From NCBI GenBank assembly GCA_963695855.1, contig CAVOHZ010000010.1:96001-160000 (forward strand): 64,000 nt of DNA, given 5' to 3'. The position numbers and the translations under genes are program-made. This DNA comes from an uncultured Nitrososphaerales archaeon. GTDB lineage: Archaea; Thermoproteota; Nitrososphaeria; Nitrososphaerales; Nitrososphaeraceae. The notes under the pieces were generated by a model, which was not told where the DNA came from, searched no databases, and saw only the letters and a list, made by a program, of their open reading frames with translations. The stretch's first letter is position 1. The number at the start of each line of letters is the position of its first letter. Of the stretch, positions 54,316 through 64,000 are shown one piece after another.

Positions 54316-55321
54316 TTTCTTTTATCATTTGAATATCTTTATTGTGTCTGTTTCCGCCTGTAGTAAGATATCCACCAGTAATTATACCATTAGCTCCTGC
54401 CTGAAGAACAAATTTTCCATTGTCCTCAAAATGAAATTCCCTTCCTCCGGCAATTTTCAAGATAGTCTTTGGCATGATAAATCTCCAAACAGCAATGGTC
54501 CTTATTACTTCCTCATTAGATATTGGATTTTGAATTCCCAGCGGCGTTCCCTCTCGCGCAATCAACACATTTACCGGAACCTCATCAGGTTCAAGTTCAG
54601 CAAGCGCAAAGGCCAATTCAAGCCTTTGTCTTGGCGTTTCACCCATTCCAATGATCCCGCCACAGCAGAGTTCAAGTCCAGCGTCTTTCACTATTTTAGC
54701 TGTATTTACTCGGTCCTCATAATCATGGCTCCTACATATTTGTGAAAAATAGCTTTTTGATGTCTCTAAATTATGGTTATATCTCTTTACCCCCAAAGAT
54801 TTGAGTATACTGGCTCGTTGAGGAGTCATAAATCCCAGGGATGTATTTACTTCAATTCCAACCCTATTCTTAATTTCTGTTATTGACTTGCAAATGTGTT
54901 GAAAATCTTTTTCGGGAGGAGATCGATAGGCACAAACAAGACAGAAACTATTGGAACCCTCATCTTTCGCATCTTGTGCTTTTTCTACCAAAGTCTCCGT
55001 TGGTAACAGGGTATATTTTGATATTCCAGTATCGTAAAATGATGATTGTGCACAGAACGAGCAATCTTCTGGACAATTACCCGATTTTGCATTTACTAAG
55101 GATTCGACATCTACCCGGTCACCATTAAATTGCCTGGTAATCTCGTTGGCACATCTTGCCAGAGTCATCATATCTCTTGTATTCAATAATGATTCTGCAT
55201 CTTCAAATGTCATTTGGCCACCATTCAGAACCTTGTTCATAACTTCCTCAGGTGATCTCGAATCTCTCATAACATGATAATTTTTAAATCCTATAATTAA
55301 TTCTTGTTCTCCATAGACCAA
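54299..55321 (-). CDS. bioB: Biotin synthase (radical SAM)
   Basis: CPEDCSFCAQS, YNHNLET, GGIIGMGE, AGAN..ITGGYLTT. Confidence 0.95.
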   Translation of the reverse strand: MVYGEQELIIGFKNYHVMRDSRSPEEVMNKVLNGGQMTFEDAESLLNTRDMMTLARCANEITRQFNGDRVDVESLVNAKSGNCPEDCSFCAQSSFYDTGISKYTLLPTETLVEKAQDAKDEGSNSFCLVCAYRSPPEKDFQHICKSITEIKNRVGIEVNTSLGFMTPQRASILKSLGVKRYNHNLETSKSYFSQICRSHDYEDRVNTAKIVKDAGLELCCGGIIGMGETPRQRLELAFALAELEPDEVPVNVLIAREGTPLGIQNPISNEEVIRTIAVWRFIMPKTILKIAGGREFHFEDNGKFVLQAGANGIITGGYLTTGGNRHNKDIQMIKEIGLKV

Positions 55322-55676
55322 AATACATGATGAATTTGGTAGGAACCTGAATATCTATCAACTACATCAGAATATTGCGCAAAAAGATCTCAAAAATGCA
55401 TACTTGTTATGCTTTTTTAGGGGGTAAAATGATATAAAATGGCAGATTATCAATAGATGAATAAATGTGCGTTTTTCGTTATTTTCGGTCATCCAAAAAA
55501 ATGCTCAAAAAAGGACCCTTTTATGATACGTCTGAAAAATAGTATCTTTTTTTTACCTTTAAAATGGTTCCAATTAATGATTAAAATCGTTTAAAAAATA
55601 TTACCTTTTTTATACTGTTTGTCTTGTTTTTTTAACATTTGAATATAGATATCATTTTTAATGTTTATTTCGGTAT

Positions 55677-56309
55677 ATGCGAAAATATGCTATAGCATAT
55701 CTTAGGGTAAGTACTGAAGAACAGACTGTACAGAATCAAAAGATTGCAATTACCAAATGGGCTAGCGATCATGATTATCAGATGTTGTATTTTTTTGAAG
55801 ATCCTGCAGTAAGTGGAAAAACACCTGCCACTTCTAGAAAGGGTTTTCAAGATTTGATGGAATTTGTAAGGGTATCAAAAGTGGATGCGGTTTTGGTCTA
55901 CGAGCTGTCGAGGGTAGGAAGGACTTTTTGGGATACACTCGACGCAATAAAGGTTATCGAAGAACATAGTCCGCTGATATCCTGTTCGCCTAGAGAGTCA
56001 TTTTTGCAGACCACAGAACCAAGCATCAGAAAACTGATGATAAGTATCCTAACATGGGTTGCTGAAAGAGAAAGAGAGATGCTTGTTCAACGTACAAAGG
56101 ATGGGATGAATAGAGCAAGAATTGCTGGAAAGGAAATCGGAAGACCGGAAAAGGTTATTGACAAAAACAACCTGATTACCCTATTAGCTGAAAATATTTC
56201 AAGAGCAAAAATCGCAAGGGAACTGGGTATATCAAAGGCTACTCTTTACAAGGAGTTTAGGAGGTTAAATATACATTATAATGATTCTAAAACTATCTTT
56301 CGTCAATAG
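55677..56309 (+). CDS. Small serine recombinase (resolvase/invertase) with C-terminal HTH
   Basis: YLRVST..Q, SRVGR, AERERE...RT..G, IARELGISKATLY. Confidence 0.92.
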   Translation: MRKYAIAYLRVSTEEQTVQNQKIAITKWASDHDYQMLYFFEDPAVSGKTPATSRKGFQDLMEFVRVSKVDAVLVYELSRVGRTFWDTLDAIKVIEEHSPLISCSPRESFLQTTEPSIRKLMISILTWVAEREREMLVQRTKDGMNRARIAGKEIGRPEKVIDKNNLITLLAENISRAKIARELGISKATLYKEFRRLNIHYNDSKTIFRQ

Positions 56310-57719
56310 GTTTTATTATATCAAGCAGAGTATCAATCAGAACATCTAGTTGGTTTCTTGGCATAGCAAGAGGGGGAATCAGTGTAACAATATTTCCAAG
56401 AGATCTAAGGAAAACTCCTCGCTTCATTGATTCTCTCATTATATAGTTACTAAGATCAAGACCATCAATATAAGACAGTGGTTGTTTTTTTCTCTTTTCT
56501 TGGGGCATTTTATTTTCTCTTGTTAATTCTAACCCTACTAAAAGACCTTTATGTCTAATTTTATGGACAGATTTATAAACTTCAAATTCTTTCAATCTTT
56601 TTTTAATATGCTTACTATTGTCTCTTATCTTTTGAATTAGATTACTTTTCTCATACATTTCCAAATTCGCAATACAAGCTGCACATCCAGCGGGATGACC
56701 AGTGTATGTATGTCCGTGGAATAATTGTTTATTTTCATCATATTCACTTAGAAATTCTTTATAAATTTCATCTGTGGTCAATGTCACTGCAATAGGGAAA
56801 TATCCTCCATTCAACGCCTTTCCATAGCAGACAATATCAGGCTTGGAAGATTGTGCGAGATATTCTATCATATTACCTAACCTGCCAAACCCTGTGGCAA
56901 TTTCATCTAAGATAAGTAGAACATCATATTTTTTACATAGATCGGAGACTCTTTTTTGGTATGTGTTAGGATAAATGGATACTCCGCCTGCTATTTGTGC
57001 CCCACTTTCCATCACAAGTCCAGCTATATTTTTTGAATTTTCTTTAAGTATGTGTTCTGTTTTTTCTATACATATATCAACTATCTCTGAATCTGTCAGA
57101 TCGTTGTCTAAATCATTTTCAAATGATGACGGCGCAGGAGTTCTAAAAGTTTTAATTAGTAATGATTTATAGGGATTGAAATATCTATCTACGTAACCCA
57201 TAGACATGGTCGCGATTGTATCTCCATGATAACCATTCTCTAATGAAAGAAATCTGTTCTTTTTTGGAAATTCTTTATTTTTCCAATACTGAACTCCCAT
57301 CTTCAATGCTACTTCCATAGCCGTCGAACCGTTATCGGAATAAAAGATTTTGTCCATCCCCTTGGTCAATTTTAAAAGTTTAGCAGCAAGTACTATTGAG
57401 GGTTTATTACCTAATCCAAATAGAGTAGAATGAGGAAGTTCCTGAAACTGTCTTCTGATTGCTTCAATAACAGGGTTTGAATCATACCCCCATACGCTGC
57501 ACCACATATTCGCAATTCCATCAAGGTACTTTTTTCCATTCTCACTGACAAGATAAAATCCATCTCCATGAGTTATTACTACATTATCTTGCTTGTTCCA
57601 AATTCGCATCTGAGTATAAGGATGCCAAACGTATGTCTTATCAAGATAAACTAATGATTTGTTAATATCTGTATCATTTATTTTTGGATTTTTTTTGTAA
57701 CTTCCTTTTTTTTATCCAT
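56293..57719 (-). CDS. bioA: Adenosylmethionine-8-amino-7-oxononanoate aminotransferase; 5' start one base out of frame
   Basis: SDNGSTAMEVALK, YHGDT, DEIATGFGR, HGHTY; the conserved VWHPYTQM lies upstream of the ORF-track start, and ATG 57719 joins it only with one extra A in an A8 tract. Confidence 0.85.
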
Positions 57720-57778
57720 TCCTCTTTCAAATGTTAGTTGAGATAACTAATAAAATTTATTAATATATATAATAATAT

Positions 57779-57798
57779 ATCTAAATTCGAGTTTTGAA
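57779..57798. promoter_or_regulatory. Palindromic site, copy 3 (ATCTAAATTCGAGTTTTGAA), next to the bioA promoter
   Basis: Reverse complement matches copy 2 at 18 of 20 positions; adjacent to a TATA-rich stretch. Confidence 0.55.
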
Positions 57799-57810
57799 AC
57801 ATACAAGATG

Positions 57811-58008
57811 TCAATGGTTAACTTTGATATTAATTTCATCCTTTTTTGTTGGTTTTTTCTTGATATCCTTCTTCTTCTTTATCCAATCATTTATCGCTTC
57901 TACGATTGATTCTTGGATCGCTCCACGATATAATCCTTTTTTTGATGCTATTATCTTTCTGAATTTTTCATTTAATGTATCTTCTAGTTCAAAAGTAATC
58001 TTTACCAT
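57811..58008 (-). CDS. Ribbon-helix-helix-like small DNA-binding protein
   Basis: MVKITFEL beta-strand pattern, then helices LNEKFRKII and IQESIVEAINDWI; start re-called at 58008. Confidence 0.6.
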   Translation of the reverse strand: MVKITFELEDTLNEKFRKIIASKKGLYRGAIQESIVEAINDWIKKKKDIKKKPTKKDEINIKVNH

Positions 58009-58558
58009 ATTACCATATATCGGTATTCCCTTATTTATGGTTTCCTGTCTTACCGTATACATGGTTTCCCATAATACCGGTTGCATATTAAGAATTTCAG
58101 CAAAAATATATCTAAAAATTTGAATTGGTAAATCATAATAGAAATATCAGATCCTGGCACAGAAACCAAAAAAACTGGAAAAATCAGACGTCAAACAAAT
58201 AGAAAATGGATCAAAAAATTGAGTTTTAGGAGAGATCTACCTACAAATGTGGAGACCCATTGACGGAGAAAGAATATCTAAAGCTAATCAAATTGGAATA
58301 ACAGAGTACAAATAGTACATATGTCTTTTTTCTATTACAAAATATGCCTCAGTTTTAGCTTTATTTATAATAATATATTAATTAAACACTTGGATACACC
58401 AATGTTTTCTCTTCACACGATTGTAAACCATGCTTTATTATCATCTATTTAAAAAAGATATGCTAGCATTAAATTGAATAAAAAAGGAATCATGAATTAG
58501 GACAGAGTATTACAGGATAGAATTAAATATATAATTTGAGATTGGATAAAGGAACTAC

Positions 58559-59617
58559 ATGAACCAAAACAAAGTAAATGAACTGTCAGAGCGAATTCTA
58601 AATGAAACTAATTCTGCAATGACTTGTCTAAATTTGTATATTGGTTACAAACTAGATCTTTTCAAAATTCTAGCTGAAGCTGGTGCGATATCTTCTGCAG
58701 AATTTATAGCCAAAACTAACCTATCGAAACGTTATATGCAGGAATGGCTAGAGTGTATGACTGTACAGGGTTACATAGAATTTGATTCTGCAACAGGAAA
58801 TTTTACCTTGCCTCCTGAGCATCAAGCTGTTTTATGTGATCGTTGTAATGAAGCATATACAATCCCCTTTGTGTGCTGGATACCAAGTTTTTCTTTAGTA
58901 CTGGAAAAATTGATAGAAGCATTTCGGACTGGTGAAGGCATCCCTTATTCAGATTATGGACAGGATCTAATTGAAGCACAAGGAGAGGGAAATAGACCCA
59001 TGTTTATCAATAATATTACGAAATGGATAGCCGCCATGCCTGACTTGAAGGAAAAATTCGAAACAATCGGAGGTAAAGTAGCTGATGTAGGATGTGGTGA
59101 TGGATGGGCAAGTATTGCATTAGCAAAAGCGTTTCCCTTAACAAAGATAGATGCAATTGATGTAGATGAGATGTCTGTACAAAATACCAGCGAAAACATA
59201 GAAAAGAACAATCTTTCAGATCGGATAACAGTCTATAATATGCCGATTGAGAAAATGTCTCATAAAGACCAGTACGATCTAGTCATGTCCTTTGAAACAA
59301 TTCACGACATGGCTTATCCAGTAGAAGCTCTAAGCCAAATGCGAAAAATGGTATTTCCCAACGGTTCGGTTCTTATTGCTGACGTAAAAATGAATGAAAA
59401 TCTAATCGATAAAAAGGATTTTCCCGGAAGGCTGTATTATAATTTTAGCGTTCTTCTTTGTCTCCCTCAATCTCTGGTTTACCCCGATAGCATGGGTACT
59501 GGAGCAGCTATGATCCCTTCAACCTTCCAAAGATATGTAAAAGAAGGAGGTTTTTCAAAAACAGAAATTCTATCTGTCGATCATTTTCTGTGGCGATTTT
59601 ATCGTTTGAAACCTTAA
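58559..59617 (+). CDS. Class I SAM-dependent methyltransferase with N-terminal winged helix (Rv2258c-like)
   Basis: IGYKLDLF, RYMQEWL, VADVGCGDG, FETIHDM. Confidence 0.85.
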   Translation: MNQNKVNELSERILNETNSAMTCLNLYIGYKLDLFKILAEAGAISSAEFIAKTNLSKRYMQEWLECMTVQGYIEFDSATGNFTLPPEHQAVLCDRCNEAYTIPFVCWIPSFSLVLEKLIEAFRTGEGIPYSDYGQDLIEAQGEGNRPMFINNITKWIAAMPDLKEKFETIGGKVADVGCGDGWASIALAKAFPLTKIDAIDVDEMSVQNTSENIEKNNLSDRITVYNMPIEKMSHKDQYDLVMSFETIHDMAYPVEALSQMRKMVFPNGSVLIADVKMNENLIDKKDFPGRLYYNFSVLLCLPQSLVYPDSMGTGAAMIPSTFQRYVKEGGFSKTEILSVDHFLWRFYRLKP

Positions 59618-59747
59618 TTAATTGTAATTATATTTCCTAGTCAAATTTTTATATCTCATTCAATAGATAAGACTAATAATAACAGAAATAGGCCAATTTT
59701 TTGTTATTATTACCCGTTGTTTATTTATAATTCAAATCAAAAAAAAA

Positions 59748-60191
59748 TTATTTTTGAGGTAGTACTGTCATTTTTCCTTTTATGTTTAACGGATCAGTAC
59801 TAGAATAGAAAGGATAATCTCCAGGTGATAGATTAAATGATAGAATATTCGGAAAACGATCCAGGCATAATCATCTTTGTGTCGAATATTTTACCTGCCA
59901 TTTGGTCATCTGGACTTGCACCATTTGTAAACGAATGATCTTTAGTTGAATTATTCAAGACCAATACCTCCTCCCCCTGCTTGATTGTAAATTCAGATGG
60001 CTTAAAGAATACATTTCCGCTTTTATCTTCATTGATATGGAGAACTAAAGCGATCGGAGTAGCATCTGGGCTTGTGTCAGGCATATGTATCTGACCATCT
60101 ATAGACTGGACTGCAAATGAATTTACGCTAAAGGTTAACAAGGCTAAAAGAACTGACAAAAGTATGGTGTTTGATATTATTTTTTAGTCAT
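59748..60191 (-). pseudogene. Cupredoxin-fold secreted protein with two frameshifts and no Cu-ligand Cys/His/Met
   Basis: ATG 60191 out of frame; FKPSEFTIKQG, HSFT; after a second shift PGDYPFYSSTDPLNIKGKMTV. Confidence 0.65.
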
Positions 60192-61123
60192 TTTCTTATT
60201 AACAATATATCATTTGATACCAATATTTCATTTTTTTCTTTTTTATCTTGATTTTACTGTTATAATAATAAAATAAAATATTATTTTATTATATTTTTCT
60301 TTTTTTTGATTTAGATTAATTAATTCATTAACTAATCTAATACACTAGCAATATTTGTTAATCATTATGGGTAAATAGCGATCATAGGTAAAGACCGATC
60401 CAGTTTTCTATCAAAAAAGCAACATTTAATGATGTACCAACTATTTACCACGACATGTAGAAGTGAAAAGACAGTGCAACTCCCATAACACCAAAAACAA
60501 CCATAAAAAATCTTCTGAAGAAAATTATTATTAAGCTTAATGATTTCTCTTTTTTTCTTTGTTCTTATTCTTATTCTTCCTTTTCTTTTTCACACTTTAT
60601 AGAAACACACATTTCCTTATCTATAGAATAACTATCAAGCAAACTTCCTGCATAGAATAATAAATCATCGTCCTCAAATGATTTATCTACATACTACAAC
60701 ACTATAGATTATCCCTGTTCCTAGGGTCTTGATCACATCATCTTTTTCATAGTTTCTTTTGAACCACATAATTCTTCTCCTTGTTCGCTTTCCACAGAAT
60801 TTCATTTCAGAAAGTCAAGGAGGTGTTAATCATAGACTCTGCTTTTTTTACTATTTCCGAGTTTACTTGATAAAGGTATCATAACTGTATTTTTTCCCTC
60901 TGAAACATATACTTTTTATTGTTTTTCACAGCAAATAGCATTAAGTACACTTTTGTATGTGTTATAAAAATTCATGGATAAATCTAGCGAGCGATAATTC
61001 TAAAAAATATGGCAACCAAAGTCGAATTAAAATCAAAATACAAGTTGCTCTATCGAAATAGTATCACAAACCGTTGCAAATATACTAAGGATCTATCAAA
61101 TGAGACAATTATAGTAATCATCT

Positions 61124-62236
61124 GTGAAAACAACAACGAAAATGACATCCATTATGCATCGTGAATCTTGCAGTGGTCGTAATTTTTTAAAAGATTTAAA
61201 GATGCAAGAACAACATAACAGTATGAAAATTCAGGGTTACGCAGCAAAGAGACCGCATGATAAACTAGAATATTTTGAATATGATGTAGGTAACGTCAAA
61301 CCTGATGAGATCGAGATTGACATCGAATATTGTGGTATTTGCCACAGTGACTTGAGCATGATTAATAATGATTGGGGATTAACTGAATATCCTATAGTTC
61401 CAGGACATGAAATTATTGGAAAGGTTTCAGAAATTGGCAATATGGTAGAACATCTAAAAGTCGGACAATATGTTGGAATAGGTTGGAGAGCACGTTCATG
61501 TCTAGTTTGTGATCAATGTTTGAGTGGTCATCACAACAGGTGTTTAAGGGGTGAAGATGTTATTGTTGGCAGGCATGGTGGGTATGCTGATAAAGTACGT
61601 TGTCAGGGAATATGGGCTTTTAGTTTACCTCCAAATATAGATCTTAAAAGTGCTGGACCCCTATTTTGTGGAGGAATTACGGTATTCAATCCGATTATTC
61701 AAAACAAGATAAAGTCCACAGACCATGTTGCGGTGGTTGGAATAGGTGGGTTGGGACATATAGCCATAAAATTTCTTGATGCGTGGGGATGCGAGGTTAC
61801 AGCCTTCTCAACCAATCCAGACAAAGAGAAAGAAACACGACAGTACGGTGCAGATCATTTCGTAAACTCTAAAGAATCTGGTTCTTTGGAATCGATAGCA
61901 AATCGTTTTGACATGGTTTTAGTTACAACGAATGTCAACCTTGATTGGGAAGGTTATATTAATACACTTAAACCAGGAGGCAAGTTGCATATCGTTGGAG
62001 CTACACCTTCCATTCAAACATCTGTTTTCCCATTAATTTCTGGTGAAAAATCAATAGGCGGTTCTCCTATCGGAAGCCCAGCTACTATTAAAATGATGCT
62101 AGACTTTTGTAATCGTCACAAAATCATTCCTGTAATTGAAGAGTTTCCATTATCACATGTCAATGAAGCACTCGATCACCTGCGAGCTGGTAAGGCAAGG
62201 TACCGGGCAGTATTAAAAAATGATTTTACCAGATAG
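61124..62236 (+). CDS. NAD(P)-dependent Zn alcohol dehydrogenase/aldehyde reductase (Ahr/YjgB-like)
   Basis: CGICHSD, GHE, CxxCxxC, GPLFCGGITV, GIGGLG; true start probably 61202 or 61223. Confidence 0.9.
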   Translation: MKTTTKMTSIMHRESCSGRNFLKDLKMQEQHNSMKIQGYAAKRPHDKLEYFEYDVGNVKPDEIEIDIEYCGICHSDLSMINNDWGLTEYPIVPGHEIIGKVSEIGNMVEHLKVGQYVGIGWRARSCLVCDQCLSGHHNRCLRGEDVIVGRHGGYADKVRCQGIWAFSLPPNIDLKSAGPLFCGGITVFNPIIQNKIKSTDHVAVVGIGGLGHIAIKFLDAWGCEVTAFSTNPDKEKETRQYGADHFVNSKESGSLESIANRFDMVLVTTNVNLDWEGYINTLKPGGKLHIVGATPSIQTSVFPLISGEKSIGGSPIGSPATIKMMLDFCNRHKIIPVIEEFPLSHVNEALDHLRAGKARYRAVLKNDFTR

Positions 62237-62882
62237 AAATTATTATGAAAAAATCTTGTAATATTATATATTTATATTACCAAAATTGCGGATTTTGTGT
62301 AACTATTTGTAGTACGGAGTGAATCAAACCTCTATCTTTTAACGCTGGGTAAGAGGTTTGAACTTTGTTTCGTTCTTTTTTCTTTAAGGCATTAAAGGAA
62401 TAAAATTAAAAATATATAGATTCTTTGGTTAATTAACGACCGTGTAAAAATTCATAGGTCCAGATATATTTCATGGTAAATATGAAATTTAGAAATTTAC
62501 AATATCCCCGATTTCAGTCTCCGTCTGTAAAAATTTCGGTCGTGGCTAATTACGCAATAATTTGAATGAGAATAGACACATCATGTCTCTTCTTGGAAGC
62601 AAAAAACTATATTCATTTTTAATGTAGTGGGGTCTAGGTTATATAATAATTAACCACATAAACTCCTCAAATTAATAAATCCGTGGACAAATGTGTATTC
62701 ATTTATGCATCCAAATATTGTAATATTCTTTTCTTATATCAAAATGTTATCTTTTTTAAAAATTGTTTTACCAAACTTTGAATTATCAATAAGACAATAT
62801 GAAGCTAATATTTTACTAAATTATACCATCGGAAATTATTAATTTAATATTACTCATCTTGATGACATATGAAATTGTTTGG

Positions 62883-63515
62883 TTATTTTAGTTCAGTATC
62901 TGCAACATAATAAAGTTTTTCCTCATCACAATCAACGATGAACACCAGTTTATCGGTATTCTCACCTTCACCATTCTCAAGCTGGGCTTCTGTAATATCA
63001 TTGGGAATGGTTGCAGTTTCAATACCTTCTTCTTGTGGAGAAGAATTGCTGTAAAATTCCTTCTGTTCTCCTTTTAATTCAAGAGTTTGAATTGCACCAG
63101 TAGATGAAAGACTTTGAACTAACATTTCAGGAGAGCCTCTTAAAAATAATCCTTGAACACTATCAGGGAAACCGCATGGTGATTTATATGAAATCTTGAT
63201 TGCTTCGCCTCTTGATATAGGCACTTTATCGTTAGTAACATCATTATTTTCAGAGACTTTAACACCCTCTTCCATTATAAAAGTTGGATAAATCTCAAAA
63301 TTAGATCCGTCTGCCTTTGTTATACTAATAGGAGAGACATTATCGAATTCCATGGCATAAGTGGTTTCTAAATAAAAAAATGACAGGACTGAAAGAGAAA
63401 AAAGCAAAGCCAAAGATAGAAAATTTGAGTTAAAACGTCGCATCATCATAATTATCATCATAGTATAATCAAATATAGATAGATAAGTCTTTCCGAGAAT
63501 TAAATATATTAGCAA
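62883..63515 (-). CDS. Secreted hypothetical protein
   Basis: Signal-like segment followed by an acidic domain with two Cys. Confidence 0.65.
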   Translation of the reverse strand: MLIYLILGKTYLSIFDYTMMIIMMMRRFNSNFLSLALLFSLSVLSFFYLETTYAMEFDNVSPISITKADGSNFEIYPTFIMEEGVKVSENNDVTNDKVPISRGEAIKISYKSPCGFPDSVQGLFLRGSPEMLVQSLSSTGAIQTLELKGEQKEFYSNSSPQEEGIETATIPNDITEAQLENGEGENTDKLVFIVDCDEEKLYYVADTELK

Positions 63516-63607
63516 AATAATATTTAGAAAACAAAAAATGCTTTTTTTCTTATATTTGAACCAAAGTTTTCTTTATTTTTAAAAAAAAATAAACTATGAA
63601 ATTTGGA

Positions 63608-63739
63608 TTATTTGTCATTATTATTGGGATCGTCACTTCTAAAATCTTCATCTTCGTCGTCATCCATTTCTTCTTCAAAGTCCTCTAGGTCGTCTGTGTC
63701 ATCACTGATTTCCTCTCCATTTTGATTTTTGTGACTCAT
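63608..63739 (-). CDS. Small, highly acidic peptide (43 aa)
   Basis: MSHKNQNGEEISDDTDDLEDFEEEMDDDEDEDFRSDDPNNNDK; open frame with coding-like composition. Confidence 0.45.
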   Translation of the reverse strand: MSHKNQNGEEISDDTDDLEDFEEEMDDDEDEDFRSDDPNNNDK

Positions 63740-64000
63740 GACTCAAATTGGTGATTAGTTTTTTAAAATGTTTTCATCATTAAATAATATTATCTAGAAA
63801 TTGAGCTATCGAAAATGGAGAAATTTGCTGCGGGGTTCTGGATATTGCCTTTAGAGGTAAAGGACCTTTTGAAATGGCGATGTCATGAGATCATTTCTTG
63901 GAAATCTAGTTTAAAAACAGTAATTACTTTTTTTACTTTTCTTCTTTTATCCCTTTTTTGTATTATTATTCAAATTTTCAATCTTTTGTTATATCTCTAA

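Noticed and set aside
60540-60840. Possible minus-strand gene relic
   Set aside because: Frequent stops and no identifiable family

Overview
AT-rich archaeal chromosomal DNA. Gene content and style (CdvB/ESCRT-III, methylmalonyl-CoA epimerase, cupredoxins, many RTX-like and repeat-rich secreted proteins) point to an ammonia-oxidising Nitrososphaeraceae member, probably Ca. Nitrosocosmicus (inference). Housekeeping genes (ilvB-ilvN-leuA-leuB, mce, lsrF-like aldolase, menA-like, glycerate kinase, birA, trpE, thrC, cdvB-like) alternate with accessory secreted-protein genes, several broken genes and IS elements of the IS5, IS6, IS630 and IS110 families. The main finding is a triple-nested locus at about 44.6-47.2 kb. 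An IS110/IS1111-type recombinase element (44666-45950) sits exactly inside the left terminal inverted repeat of an IS5-family element (44656-46885, 8-bp TSD), which itself splits an older IS903-like transposase relic. The non-coding right end of the IS110 folds into a two-loop, bridge-RNA-like structure. Its loop sequences match both halves of the reconstructed target, one donor end and the post-exchange 'handshake' bases, so it is a candidate archaeal RNA-guided recombinase aimed at the ends of another IS family. Also notable: an 11-bp-phased TTTCA array, a 9x23-bp AT-rich tandem array, and a biotin cluster with a serine resolvase, frameshifts in bioA and bioF, and three copies of a 20-28-bp palindrome. 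All annotation is by eye; no database searches or folding programs were run.
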